Shown here piece by piece: positions 51,858 through 63,360 of a DNA stretch of 64,000 nucleotides. A program made the position numbers and the translations under genes. Origin of the DNA: Podarcis erhardii (Eukaryota); the NCBI GenBank assembly GCA_964252035.1, contig OZ176200.1, one strand, 5' to 3'. The number at the start of each line of letters is the position of its first letter. Position 1 is the stretch's first letter. Under the pieces are notes generated by a model that had not been told where the DNA came from, ran no database searches, and saw only the letters and a list, made by a program, of their open reading frames with translations.

Positions 51858-52084
51858 TATAGGGACTGCCTTATTGCAGCTGTAAAAACCCTCAACTGTT
51901 GGTGCTCCAATGGAAGAGGGGTCGAAAAGGCAGCATTCTGGGGTGTGTCATGGGATTTTCTGGGTCCAAAGGCACCCTGATTCCCTGACACATTCCTAGA
52001 ATACATCTTGGGACTATTGGGAGGGAAAATAAGAAAACTGGTGACAAGCTGACCCTCTCACTTAGCTTCTTTCCTACCAGCAAC

Positions 52085-52441
52085 CAGTGCCGGATTTACG
52101 TATAAGCTAAACAAGCTGTAGCTGAGGGCCTCACTCTCTTGGGGCCCCCAATTTTTTTTTAAAGGAAAAACACAAACACCTGGATGTGCATTTCCAAAAT
52201 ATAAGATAAAAAAGAACTAAAATAAAACCTACATACAATGTAGCAATGTTTTGTGTTGTGTAGGCTCCTATCTGTTATGTGCAAATGGCTTTAGATACCT
52301 ATTAGGTCCATAAATTACCATATAGCATATATTCAACACAAAAACAGTGACAATTTGTTGTTGATAAAGGACAGCTGGACATATAAAGGGCCCCATTACC
52401 CTCAGTAGCTTAGGGCCTCATCAGACCTAAATCTGGCCCTG
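52085..52441. mobile_element. hAT-type non-autonomous element
   Basis: TIR cagtgccggattta versus cagggccagattta (12/14); TSD ccagcaac/ccagccac (7/8). Confidence 0.85.
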
Positions 52442-55400
52442 CCAGCCACCCAGCTCAGCAGGATTGCTTTGTAAGGTGGTCATGGCGCAATGTTATTTTA
52501 AGTACAGTGCTGTGAAGTTGCCCTCTGTTTATATAAAATTGACTTGTGCATAGAGTCAGCCTCAGGAGCGAGTGATCAATACAGAGGTAATAAAAGTGCC
52601 ACATCCAAAAGTTGTGTTTTTCTTCCTTTCATTTGCGAAGAGCTCCCCAAAGGTACCACTTGATCCATGCTGCCCCTTCCTGGTTCTCATTAAGATCTTA
52701 ATCCTGAGCATTCACTAGGGCTAATGTGTCAAAATAAACAGAAGAGGTCTTCATGCTTACCATTTCTAAAGCTTATTGAATTTAAATGGAAATCCAATAC
52801 CTGCCTGCTTGTACTAAGCTTTTAGGATACATTTTGCTTGGGTAAGCTACTTGCAAAATTGTATAATGAGCATGAGGCTTAAATATTCCGTTTCCCCCAC
52901 TTCAGAAGTACACACACACAGATTCTTTTATGATCAAGTCAGTAGGCAAAGCTTCTCTTGTTAAACACTCCCTGTTTTTCCCAAGACATCGGAGCATTGC
53001 AGAGAAAAACAAAATCCCTAAAATAGAAATTGTGTGAGGTGCTCAGGAGTGAGAACTAAGAGGTTTGGGTGGCATCCTAGCTCTGATTTTTTCCCCACCC
53101 CCTATTCACTCTCTAAACTCACTTCTACCATGTTTTGTTTGTATATGTGTTTCATAGGAGGTGCATGTTGGAAGTCTATACTATCTTGAATGCGTTGCAA
53201 ATGCGTACAGTTCCAATAAACACCTATTGCATATGCAGCTTAGATGCAAAAAGCTCAGTTCAGGGACAGTCCTGGCTTTCTGCCACAAGTAACTTTGTGT
53301 GGTATGGATTTCCCTAACCATGGATAGTGAAAGCCAGCTTTCCCTCAAACATGGTTTCAGTCTCTGGTTGTGAGGGAGACACAGTTTGCACTAACCATGG
53401 TTTTCGTCAGTATACATATACTGAGAAACTGTGATTTGATGAGGGGAAGGAAGAGGGAAAAATGCTCCAGAAAGGATAGGTGGGCAGGGGAAAAGATAGT
53501 TCGTGGTTTGCAAACTATGATTTGCTGAGAGCCATGTGCACAGGCCAAAGTGTTTAGTTTTTTTCATTAATTCTGGTGATTCCTTAGTACTAGGAAAGCT
53601 TTTTATTGTAGGCAAAAGTATGTTCTGTTTCTATGACCCTTTTCCCCATTCTGCTTTTTGGAAAGGCAAATATATTGTCATTAATATAACATGCTGTTGA
53701 TGGTGATATTTAGTCCAGTAAAAAAAAAAAAAGTTGATTAAAACTCTTGAAAACACAGAAGTTGTCTCTTTTAAATCTGTTTTCTTAATTTTATGAGTTT
53801 TTCAGCTGTTCTGAAAACATTGTTAATATATATGCTAATATTTGACAAAAGTTTATATCTACAAAGGGCACTAAAAATACAAAGTAGCAGTATTTTGGGC
53901 TTATTTAAAGAAAGCTGCAAGTAAGTTTCATGTTGTGTTGTAAATTTCCTCAGCTGCCTCAGAAGGGATTCATGTAAGTACTTTGTGCTTATTTTATTAA
54001 TTCTTTCCATGGAGAGGGAGTATGCAGATGTTATTCATCTATTGTTGGTATGCTTTTAAAATTGCAATACCTATCCTAAAACAAAAAGTAATAAGTTCCA
54101 TGAAAGCATTTTAAATAACAACAACAATCTTGTTGCCTAAGCTTTGAAACAGAGGCAAAAAAAAAAAAAATCAAAAAAATCCTCGGCGTTTTAAAAATAA
54201 TATATTTAATCTGGGTGCGACAAAACTATCAAATGCAGAAATGATACGTTGGAAGCCCTCTGCCTGCTTATCTGTTGTTGGTAGCCTAATAAAACTGCAG
54301 CGTTACCCTGCAACACAGTGATAAGCTACAGAACGTATTACATGTTCCTAGCTAATGAGAATTTGAAATATAGAGAAACCTCAAAGGAAACTGGTTCATG
54401 GATTCATTCTTAATGTTCTCTGAAAGTGTTCTTAATGTTATTTCAAGAACACCTTTAGCCTTGTTTTCTGCAAACAGAACTTAGACCGTACTTGTCTAAG
54501 GAAAAAGAATAGTTCATCGCAGATCTGTATTAAAATGGTTTCACCAGGGTGAGTGGGAGAGACTGAGAGTGCCATAGGCAATATACTGGCAGGCCTGGCA
54601 GCTTGCCTCTGCATTTGCCATGTCACATTTGTGTGTTCAAGGACAGTTACCAGGTTCTGCTGGAAAGGTCAGGGAGTGAGCAGGGATTGGCATATTTCAT
54701 GCCGGGGGCACTAGGGGCAATGTAAACCCCCAGAAAAAGACTGTAGCATGTCCTGGCCCCATAAGACTCCTGCTTTTATAGTTCACCAACTTCCGAGACC
54801 TTTGAATTGCTGATATCATTAAACTTTTATTTTTAATAATAAAAAAATCACCTGCACCTGTCCTTGTTTGCTAAATAAGTACTTGCTCAAACTGAAAAGT
54901 CTTACTATGCATTTGATAGAGGATGATCATGTCCTTTTTTTTTTTTACCGCAACTCAATCAGTTAAATAGAATAGACACTAACTTGTACAGAATAAACAA
55001 AGAAATAAAGGTGTTATGACGATTACTCATCCAAAAGACCCACGTCCGCTTTTCCATTAGAATACGTTGGCTCAAAATAGTACAGAAGCTCCAGATTTTC
55101 AATGGTTGGGTAGCCTTCAAAGCTCCAACAAGGGACCCATTTTCACTCTTCGCTCTTGAGGACAAGGCTCTATGCTTTTGCTGGTACACGGAGCACAGAA
55201 TGGGTGGGATAGACACTGTAGAGTTGCTGGTACAGACAACTGTTCGGCTTTCTAATTCCTGGCTTTCAGTTCCATTAGGCTTCAAGATCAAGGGTACCCT
55301 CTCCCTCCCTTTCTCACTTTACTTTCACTGTGGGCACTGTGGAAAAGATGCCATATACATTGTGTCTCTGGGGTTTTTTTCATGGTGGGGGGATAGATAG

Positions 55401-55499
55401 GGATCCTATTTATTCTTTTAGATCAAGTGTGTAAGCTGTATGATTTGCTGCCTCTGTTCATTATAATTACGCTCTCTGAAGCAGCATCCGTATACTCTG

Positions 55500-55751
55500 T
55501 CACTATTTTTTAAATTGATATAATTTTAATTTAATGTTTATTAAACAAATCTTTCTTTATTCCTCTTGTGTGATAGCTTCCTTTTTAACGAGGCCTTTGG
55601 TTGATCCGATTTACATCCTATTCCCTTTAAAAATGGGGGGGGCTATAGGGTGGCTGTTTTTGGTTTTATTAGGCATTTTTTTGTTTTTATATCTTGATTT
55701 TATTCTGTGAACAGCCCTGAGACTTCTGGGTAAAGGGGGTGTATATATTTA

Positions 55752-55790
<39 letters not shown>
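55500..55790 (+). mobile_element. L2-like 3' end with (AAT)n tail
   Basis: ttttattctgtgaacagccctgagac...gggggtgtatatattt followed by an (aat)n tail. Confidence 0.5.
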
Positions 55791-55791
<1 letters not shown>

Positions 55792-55793
55792 GT

Positions 55794-56157
55794 AAAGGTA
55801 AAGGTACCCCTGACCGTAAGGTCCAGTCGTGGACGACTCTGGGGTTGCAGTGCTCATCTCGCTCTATAGGCTGAGGGAGCAGGCATTTGTCTGCAGACAG
55901 CTTCCGGGTCATGTGGCCAGCATGACTAAGCCACTTCTGGCGAACCAGAGCAGCTCATGGAAACGCCATTTACCTTCCCGACGGAGTGGTACCTATTTAT
56001 CTACTTGCCCTTGACATACTTTCTAACTGCTAGGTTGGCAGGAGCTGGGACCAAACAACGGGAGCTCACCCCATCGGTCACGGGGATTCAAACCACCAAG
56101 CTTCTGATCAGCAAGTCCTAAACTCTGTGGTTTAGACCACAGTGCCACCTGTGTCCC
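55794..56157 (-). mobile_element. Sauria SINE, full length, inserted in an (AAT)n tract
   Basis: Same family sequence. Direct repeat aataataataatagt at 55779-55793 and 56158-56172. Confidence 0.9.
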
Positions 56158-56222
56158 AATAATAATAATAGTTAGGGCATAAATTTAAGAGTAAATACAT
56201 ATTCACAATGGATGCATATTAT

Positions 56223-56293
56223 AACTTCAGCAAAAACCTCTTGGGAGTGCATGCAGCAAAACTTCAGCAAAAACCTCTTGGGAGTGCATGCAG
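56223..56293. repeat. Tandem duplication, period 37
   Basis: aacttcagcaaaaacctcttgggagtgcatgcag at 56223 and 56260. Confidence 0.92.
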
Positions 56294-56880
56294 GAATACA
56301 TGTGAGGGCTGAACCATTCATGTAAGTCCCAATGTGCACTTATAACCTTTTCCTTCAAATTCAGACCTAGAATTACCACTCACACCTCGATAACTTTAAG
56401 ATTAGACTACCCTTATATACCGATATAAAATGTACTTCTGAAAGAGATGATCCACCACAGGAACACATTGTATGGGTTATTCTGGCATATTCTCTAGTCC
56501 CTCTTGTATTTCCAGAATATTCTCCCCATCTCTTAGTGGTGTCATGGCCTGCTTTAGTATACCTGGTGACAACCTGAGAGAGGGCATTCTCAAGGGTAGT
56601 ACTTCTGTTATAGAACAGGCTTCTTCCAGAGGTCTGGTGAGCATTCTTGGCAGTATACTGTCCCTTGCAATTCAAAATATTTTTGTCTGCCCAAACATTT
56701 ACTTGATCCTGATTTGCTTTTCTGCTCAGTGATTCCCTGTGTGCTGTGTTTTCTTCTGTTTCTTAAATAATTTTACATCTTACATTGTACACTACTTTGA
56801 TACCTGTGTGAAAAGTGGTGTATATGTTTTTAAATAAATAAATTCTGCTTTTGCAGAATTGGCTTAGCTTCTGTATCCCT

Positions 56881-57013
56881 TAGGGAATGTAGAAACCTGT
56901 GGCCTCCAAATACTTCAGATGACAACTGTCATTATCCTTGACCATTGAGCATGTCAGCTGGGGCTATCATTAAGCAACATCTAGAGGGCTACATGTTCCC
57001 CACCCCACCCCTG
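56881..57013. mobile_element. Old palindromic MITE relic
   Basis: agggaatgtagaaacctgtggcctccaaat...acatctagagggctacatgttcccca, the same architecture as the other palindromic MITEs. Confidence 0.5.
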
Positions 57014-58082
57014 CCTTAGAGATTACCTTCTTTATGTTCTCACCATGGCCACTATCTTAGATACAGTAAGCAGGGAGAAGTTTAATTGCATACTATTCAT
57101 CTGCATGCAGAGTAGTTTCTCCTGATCTCTAATGCCTCTTTCCTCTAGTTACCTCTTCTGTGGCACAAATTTTCGCTTGCTTTTGTGGGTTGTTGTGAGG
57201 TTGCTGTTTTTTGTAATCTTCCAAAGTGCTAAAGGATTTAGTTTATTTTTCATTGAATTATGCATCAGCATTCAGTGAAGGAATTTGAATTGGTCTCTTT
57301 TCCTAAATTAAAAAGTTATGAATTCAATTGGCAATTGTCTTTTTGACAGATAATTAAGAGCTGCCTTAGTATATACAGTAAGCCAACAAGTTACATACAT
57401 TTAACTTGTGTGCATTCAGCTTTACACATGTAGCAAATTTTTCTTTCTTTTTATTAAAAAATATTGGAAAAGTGCAAGATTCTAGGGAAAATGACTTTAG
57501 CAATCCCACTTGCCATTGAACCCAATGGGTTTTGACTGCGTAAATTGCAGGCTTACTGAATTGCCATATTGGTTATATTCTAAAAAAGCTAAGAAGCATG
57601 CAAATATAAATAATAAAACATCGTTCAAAACAGAAAAAAAGATGTTTAAAGAATGAAAGAAGTATTGGTTTCTGCTTACATAAGCAGGGAGAACAAACTA
57701 CAAATTATTCTGGGTCGAATTCACCCTTGAATGAAGTTGTGCTGAAGTGGAAAGCTGGACATTAACGACTTTGGTCATGAAAGCAGGCTAGTAGTCATGA
57801 AATTCTTATGAGCTAAGCTTGCTTTGATGATGCTTTAAATTGCTGTTCTGGCCACTCTTCATAATTAACTTGCAGTTTGGGGATATCCAGCACCTAAACT
57901 TCTGGCAAGACCAACTCATGATTATTAAAATGCACACACCAGACACGTGTACAAATCCTAAGAGGTCAAGCCATGAAGAGTGTTGTTTGAAGTGCAGTCC
58001 AGACCTTTTGACACCAGTAGGTGATTTGCCATTAATTTGACTAGAATATGGATTGCACCTCCTCAAGTACATCCACATACTG

Positions 58083-58312
58083 TAGTTCCAGTTACAGATA
58101 GGTAGCCGTGTTGGTCTGCCATGGTCAAAACAAAATAAAAAAATAAAAAATAAAAAAAATAAAAAATAAAAAAATAAAATAAAAAAAAATAAAAAAAATA
58201 AAAAAATAAAAAAATTCCTTCCAGTAGCACCTTAAAGACCAACTGAGTTAGTTCTAGGTATGAGCTTTCGTGTGCATGCACACTTCTTCAGGAATTTTTT
58301 TATTTTGTTTTG
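58083..58312. mobile_element. Penelope-like element terminal fragment with most of the inverted arm deleted
   Basis: gttacagataggtagccgtgttggtctgcc...ttccttccagtagcaccttaaagacc...gagctttcgtgtgcatgcacacttcttcag followed by a short inverted stub. 12-bp TSD atccacatactg (58071-58082, 58313-58324). Confidence 0.75.
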
Positions 58313-58349
58313 ATCCACATACTGGTAAGTGCTACACAGTGTGCAAGTT

Positions 58350-58702
58350 TATTTGTTTTTGTTTTTATAAGATTTTACTAAGGCTTTTCATAATACATTA
58401 CAATAAAAAACCACTAATCCAAACAAAAGCAACAACAAAAAGAAAGAATGAAAGAGAAGAATACAAAGTTCTCTTTAGCAGTCTTAACTCCTGTCTCACA
58501 CAAAAAGAGACTTCCTTTTCCTCTCCCAGCCTCCCACCCTAAGGGAGATCTTCCCTTCCATGCCTCTCACACAGGGTCTTTAATCTGTGTGTAATCCCCT
58601 CCTTAACCCAGAGGACAATAATAACAACAAAAACAAAGTGGAACAAAATAAAAAATAATTAAAAAGAAAAAATAACAAAGAGATAAAAAGAATGAAAGAA
58701 TG

Positions 58703-58740
<38 letters not shown>

Positions 58741-58810
58741 GGGACTTCCAATTCTCCATCTCAGTTGTATATATAAAAGTTATTCAAAGTATTCAAAATG
58801 TTTACTCCAG
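58350..58810 (-). mobile_element. Probable L1-like 3'UTR remnant with (GAAA)n
   Basis: T-rich start and A-rich body on the + strand, a minus-strand ggaagtccc motif, and a (gaaa)n run at 58704-58740. Confidence 0.4.
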
Positions 58811-58931
58811 GGTTGTATCAACTGTTCTTGCTCCTACTAGGCAATGGTTACTCAGGCTTCAAGTCCAAGCATCCAGAATTCATTCCCCCGCCCTCCACAC
58901 AAAAAGCCTAAAAGAGGTTCTCCAATTACTC

Positions 58932-59067
58932 CAGGCTTCCTCAGCCTCAGCCCTCCAGATGTTTTTGGCCTGCAACTCCCATGATCCCTAGCTTGCAGGA
59001 CCAGTGGTCAGGGATGATGGGAATTGTAGTCTCAAAACATCTGGAGGGCCAAGGTTGAGGAAGCCTG
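58932..59067. mobile_element. Palindromic hAT MITE (136 bp)
   Basis: Perfect TIR caggcttcctca/tgaggaagcctg; TSD aattactc/aattacta (7/8). Confidence 0.88.
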
Positions 59068-62000
59068 AATTACTATTACTTTCTCCTTTTTTAAGATGGT
59101 GTGTGTTTGTCTGCTAGTGGCATTCCACTTAATGTTGCAAGAGCTGTGCAGCCCCAAACAGCAATTTCCCAGGATTCTAATGTTGGTCTTAGTATGAAGT
59201 GTTTTAATTTAATACCTGGTTAGTAAGAGGTGATGATGCTTGAAAGGTGTTTAAGCAGCCATGTGGTGTGATTGGAGCACCTAGCAGTCCCATGATAGAC
59301 AATGCTAATGTTAATTGAAAACAGTGCTTTGAGAGTTTAAGTGAATGATCATTGTTGACAATTATACAAAAGTGAGTAGGTAGTCATTAAGTACATAAGC
59401 TAGAAGATGAGTTTGAATCAGGAATAGACTGCTTTTGTAGATGATCAGTGTCTTCCTATTGGTCCAAGCAGTTGAGCATGCTGTTTCCAACATTTCGGAC
59501 TGACACATTAGTTCAGGGCAATGGAACTTCTCTGGCACAAGGCACCTCAGTTAATATGGAATCTTGGAAAAGGCTTAAAGAGGAATGAGGAATATTATTG
59601 GTTGTAATAACGTTCTGACATAGTTTTATTATCAGTAATCAGCTGTGGAGCTTTTGAGTCAAAGGCAGACTGAAAGAGGGGGGGAACTGGTGCTGCTAAA
59701 AAACGGGAAAGATGCAAAAACGAACATTTCTATTTCCAGGCTGTGCTGCTTTAAGAATTCCAGTAAGCCAGTTCGTGCTTTCCATTACTTTAGTGAGTGT
59801 GTTGCACTGGTGCTCAACCAACCAGAGTAATGGGGGAAGGACAGGCAGAGAAAAATTGCTACTGTTTGTATAGAGTTTGCAGTGAGTTACCAGATTTATG
59901 TATGTACATTTACACTATACCTTCATCTGTTGATTGAGAGGGATGCATGAAATTGGCTGTGCATGCTGTAGCTTCACTTCTCTTTTAGTGTTTTCATGAG
60001 CAAGTGCTAGAGCAATAAGCAAGAGGGACTGGCTTGTGCTGTGATCCAGAAAACTGTGGTCTCAGTGGAATCCATAAATCTGAGAAGTGCTTGAAGCAAG
60101 ATGTTAATTCCCAGTTTACTAAGCACTTGTGATCTATATTCCCTATGCAACAAGGATATTTGTATTTTCTTTAGGAACGGTTGTATAGTAAATGATGCCC
60201 AGGATGCAAGTTAACCTTTAGGTAATGGTAATAAAATGAGAGCGCAAGCACGGATGCATTGCATTGAATCATAGATGATCCTTGAACACTGGCTAGGTAT
60301 GGTGGTGATGAAGGGAAGGGAAATGAAGATCAGGCTTCAGTAGTTCCCAGAAAGGAGCCTAGCAATTCTTGTTATGTGTCTTGCATTACAGCATTTAGTT
60401 TAGGACTCATTCTATTAGAAAAACCCCGAAACAATCTTCCTACCTTGAATATTTTCAAATGCATGAATGGGAGAACTATACACGAGAAACCTGGGACTTT
60501 CCCCTGGGAAATAAATAGCACCCCAAAGATGGTTCTCTCCCCTGTTTGAGAAGTGTAATAAAAGTTGCATACCTTCTATCTTGATACCATCATGTTGTGT
60601 GATTTCCTGACAACAGTACCCAGCTATGTTGCACGTTCCCCTGTTCACACATGGAGTGTGGGCAGAGAAGAGACACAGCGCAATAGCGCCAGAGGATGAG
60701 TAAGTTGTACCACACACATAATGTGCCATTTCATTCTTGCCCTAAATCACTTGTCCCACAATGAAGTTCGTGATGAAAAAGAAAATATATTCAGTCCATA
60801 TTTTGGCACAGTCTTCTTATTTCTTTGATTGTGAATAGGTGTTTACTTTTCAGGTTGTATACAGTTTCATGGTGGGTGAGCTCTTGACAGAAATTTTGGG
60901 CGATACAGCTAGCATCATCCCACCTGCCTTTTATACTGCATTCAGATCTTTACATTTTGCTTCCCTAAAATGCTAGCTATCAAACTTATATTTTATGTGC
61001 CCTAATGCTACTGAATCCTTAACTGATTTCAAGTGCAAATTAGAATCTGTAGGTGGTTCTGTGTGGATTTTTTTAAAAAAATGGAGCAATATTATTCCAG
61101 AAAATAATATGAACAGATGAACCTACTAAACTAACAAAGACAAGCAACATAAGACATTAAATTTGCTTTTATTAATAAAACGTTGTTGTGTCCCCAGTCA
61201 GGATCACCCCCCCTGCTCCAGCATTTTAGTCCAAATCCCCTCAAGACAATTGGTCTGCAACCCTGTACAAACTTTGAATGCTTAAATCCAGCTGAAGCTA
61301 ATAAAATCTATGCAACTTAATTGTGTATAGAATTGCAACCTTCATATGAAGAAACATGTAGGCTTCCCTGATTGCCAAGCCAGTATCACCCCAATAAGTT
61401 TTACTGTCCTACCCCAATTTTTCTTATGTGTCAATCCCACCCTTGCTTTCAGTTTGGGAGATAACGATGGCTAGCACTACGTTTGCACAAATCAGCATTA
61501 GCACAGATTAGGTACAATTCCACATCTGTTCATGGTTTTAACTGTGCTTTGATGAACAACAGCATCATAATTTGTATACAGCATGGTTGCAGACAAGTGC
61601 CTAGCAGTTATCCAAAGACTTTCATAGCAATCAAAAGAATCATGTATACATTCTGTACATATAACCTCTGTCAGTATTTTTCTTTCATTTTGCTGAATTA
61701 ACTAAAAGCTTGCTTTAAGAAGTACATATTAAATAAGCCACAGAATGTATACGCAATGTGCTACATTATTTTCTCAGTGCCGCAATGATAGAGACGTGTG
61801 ACTGTCCATATTTAAATTCTGACCTCTACATTATTGCTTAAAGCCAATCACGTACAAAACATGTTGCAATTCAAAATTGCTATTAGAATGTCAACAGTGT
61901 AATGTATGTCTCAAATAAAACCACTAGCACAACAACAACACGTTTACATGACTATATTGAGATGGAGAACTTGCAGAAAGGAGGAAAGAATGCTACAATC

Positions 62001-62596
62001 CCTGACACAAAACTGAATTGGTTATTTTCCCTCTCTTTCCAACGTGGATGACAAATAGTATCTACAGTATGCAATACGCTATTCTACCCTATGGTTTGAA
62101 TAGCTGTTCTTATTGTGCATGTTGTTATACTTGACAGTTACATCATTAATAAACCTGAGTTATGTGACAGCAAGCAACAGCAAATCAAATGCTATACCAC
62201 TATTCTTTCCAAGAAGCTGGCAATGTTATGCTCATTCATCAGACTTTTTCAAACAGAGACTTTGAAACCAAACTCTGAGGGCCACCAGTAAAATGGTACT
62301 TTTATTTTAAAGCTACAGGATATGATGGCAGGAAAGCATGTATTTGTGGTTCTTTATACTCTTTCTTGTCTACTTTGATAAAACATTGTGACCAAACAGC
62401 CAAAGAATAGTCTGATTGTCTTGAATGAGTTTTGCACTCACATATTCTCCCTGTCATGTTGGTTTGGGCAAACCAAGGTTTGCTTTGATGTCCAAGTTGA
62501 ACAAGTTACAGATAGGTAGCCGTGTTGGTCTGCCATAGTCAAAACAAAACAAATTCCTTCCAGTAGCACCTTAAAGACCAACTAAGTCAGTTCTTG

Positions 62597-62635
62597 GTAT
62601 GAGCTTTCGTGTGCATGCACACTTCTTCAGATACA
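62597..62635 (-). ncRNA. Minimal type I hammerhead ribozyme motif (minus strand, 4-bp stem I)
   Basis: Minus strand reads (U)GUAU-CUGAAGA-A-GUGUG CAUG CACAC-GAA-AGCU-C-AUAC: core boxes, stem II, palindromic AGCU in place of stem III, CUC cleavage triplet, and GUAU/AUAC stem I. Confidence 0.65.
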
Positions 62636-62670
62636 TCTGAAGAAGTGTGCATGCACACGAAAGCTCATAC
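62635..62670 (+). ncRNA. Minimal hammerhead core on the KCNJ3 sense strand (stem I reduced to 2 bp)
   Basis: CTGAAGA 62637-62643, stem II 62645-62658, GAA 62659-62661, AGCT 62662-62665, C17 equivalent at 62666. Confidence 0.5.
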
Positions 62671-63218
62671 CAAGAACTGACTTAGTTGGTCTTTAAGGTG
62701 CTACTGGAAGGAATTTGTTTCAAGTTGAACAAATTATGGTTTATGCAAATCATAGGTTGTCACCAGGTTTGAACTAGGTTTTAACTTATGATGTGTAGAT
62801 AATGTATGACTCATAAACTATGGGAAATTTTGGCTTGCTGAAATCAGGAAGAGGAAGGAAGTGAAGTGACACATGTAAGGGACTGGTAAGGAGAGAGCAT
62901 TCAAATGAATGCCTAAACCATAATTTGGTTGTTATTGCTATTGGACCAATATGTTAACAATATGTAGCTGGTGAACTGGCTTGCCTTGTCATGTTTTGAT
63001 GTGTTCTAGACTAGGGCTGGGCGATATCTGGTTTTCAATATCATGATATATTGCCAGCTAAACACTGTGATATATCACAATGTCTGAAATAAGGCTGGAG
63101 CTGAAATAAGGCTGGGAAAATATTGAAAAAATAAATAAATATCTAAATTTGATGTGTGTAATTAATTTAGTATTGCAGGCTGCAGTAGGTATTAAGATGG
63201 GAATATTAGTTGTTAATT

Positions 63219-63360
63219 TCATAGAAATTTCATAGAAATTGTAGAGTTGGAATGCACCACAAGGGTCTTCTAGTCCAGCCCCCTGCAATGTAGGAATATT
63301 TTGCCCAACATGGGGCTGGAACCCAGAACCCTGAGAGTCTGGTGCTCTACTGACTGAGCT
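63219..63360 (-). mobile_element. SINE with tRNA-derived head and CR1-derived tail (same family as 29258-29386)
   Basis: Minus strand reads agctcagtcagtagagca...gggttccagcccc...cattgcagggggctggactag...ccaactctacaatttctatga. Confidence 0.7.

Larger units (their letters stand above)
62505..62720. mobile_element. Penelope-like element terminal fragment in inverted (hairpin) configuration
   Basis: Same family as 58083-58312. Perfect 86-bp inverted arms 62547-62632 / 62635-62720. 12-bp TSD caagttgaacaa (62493-62504, 62721-62732). Confidence 0.8.
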
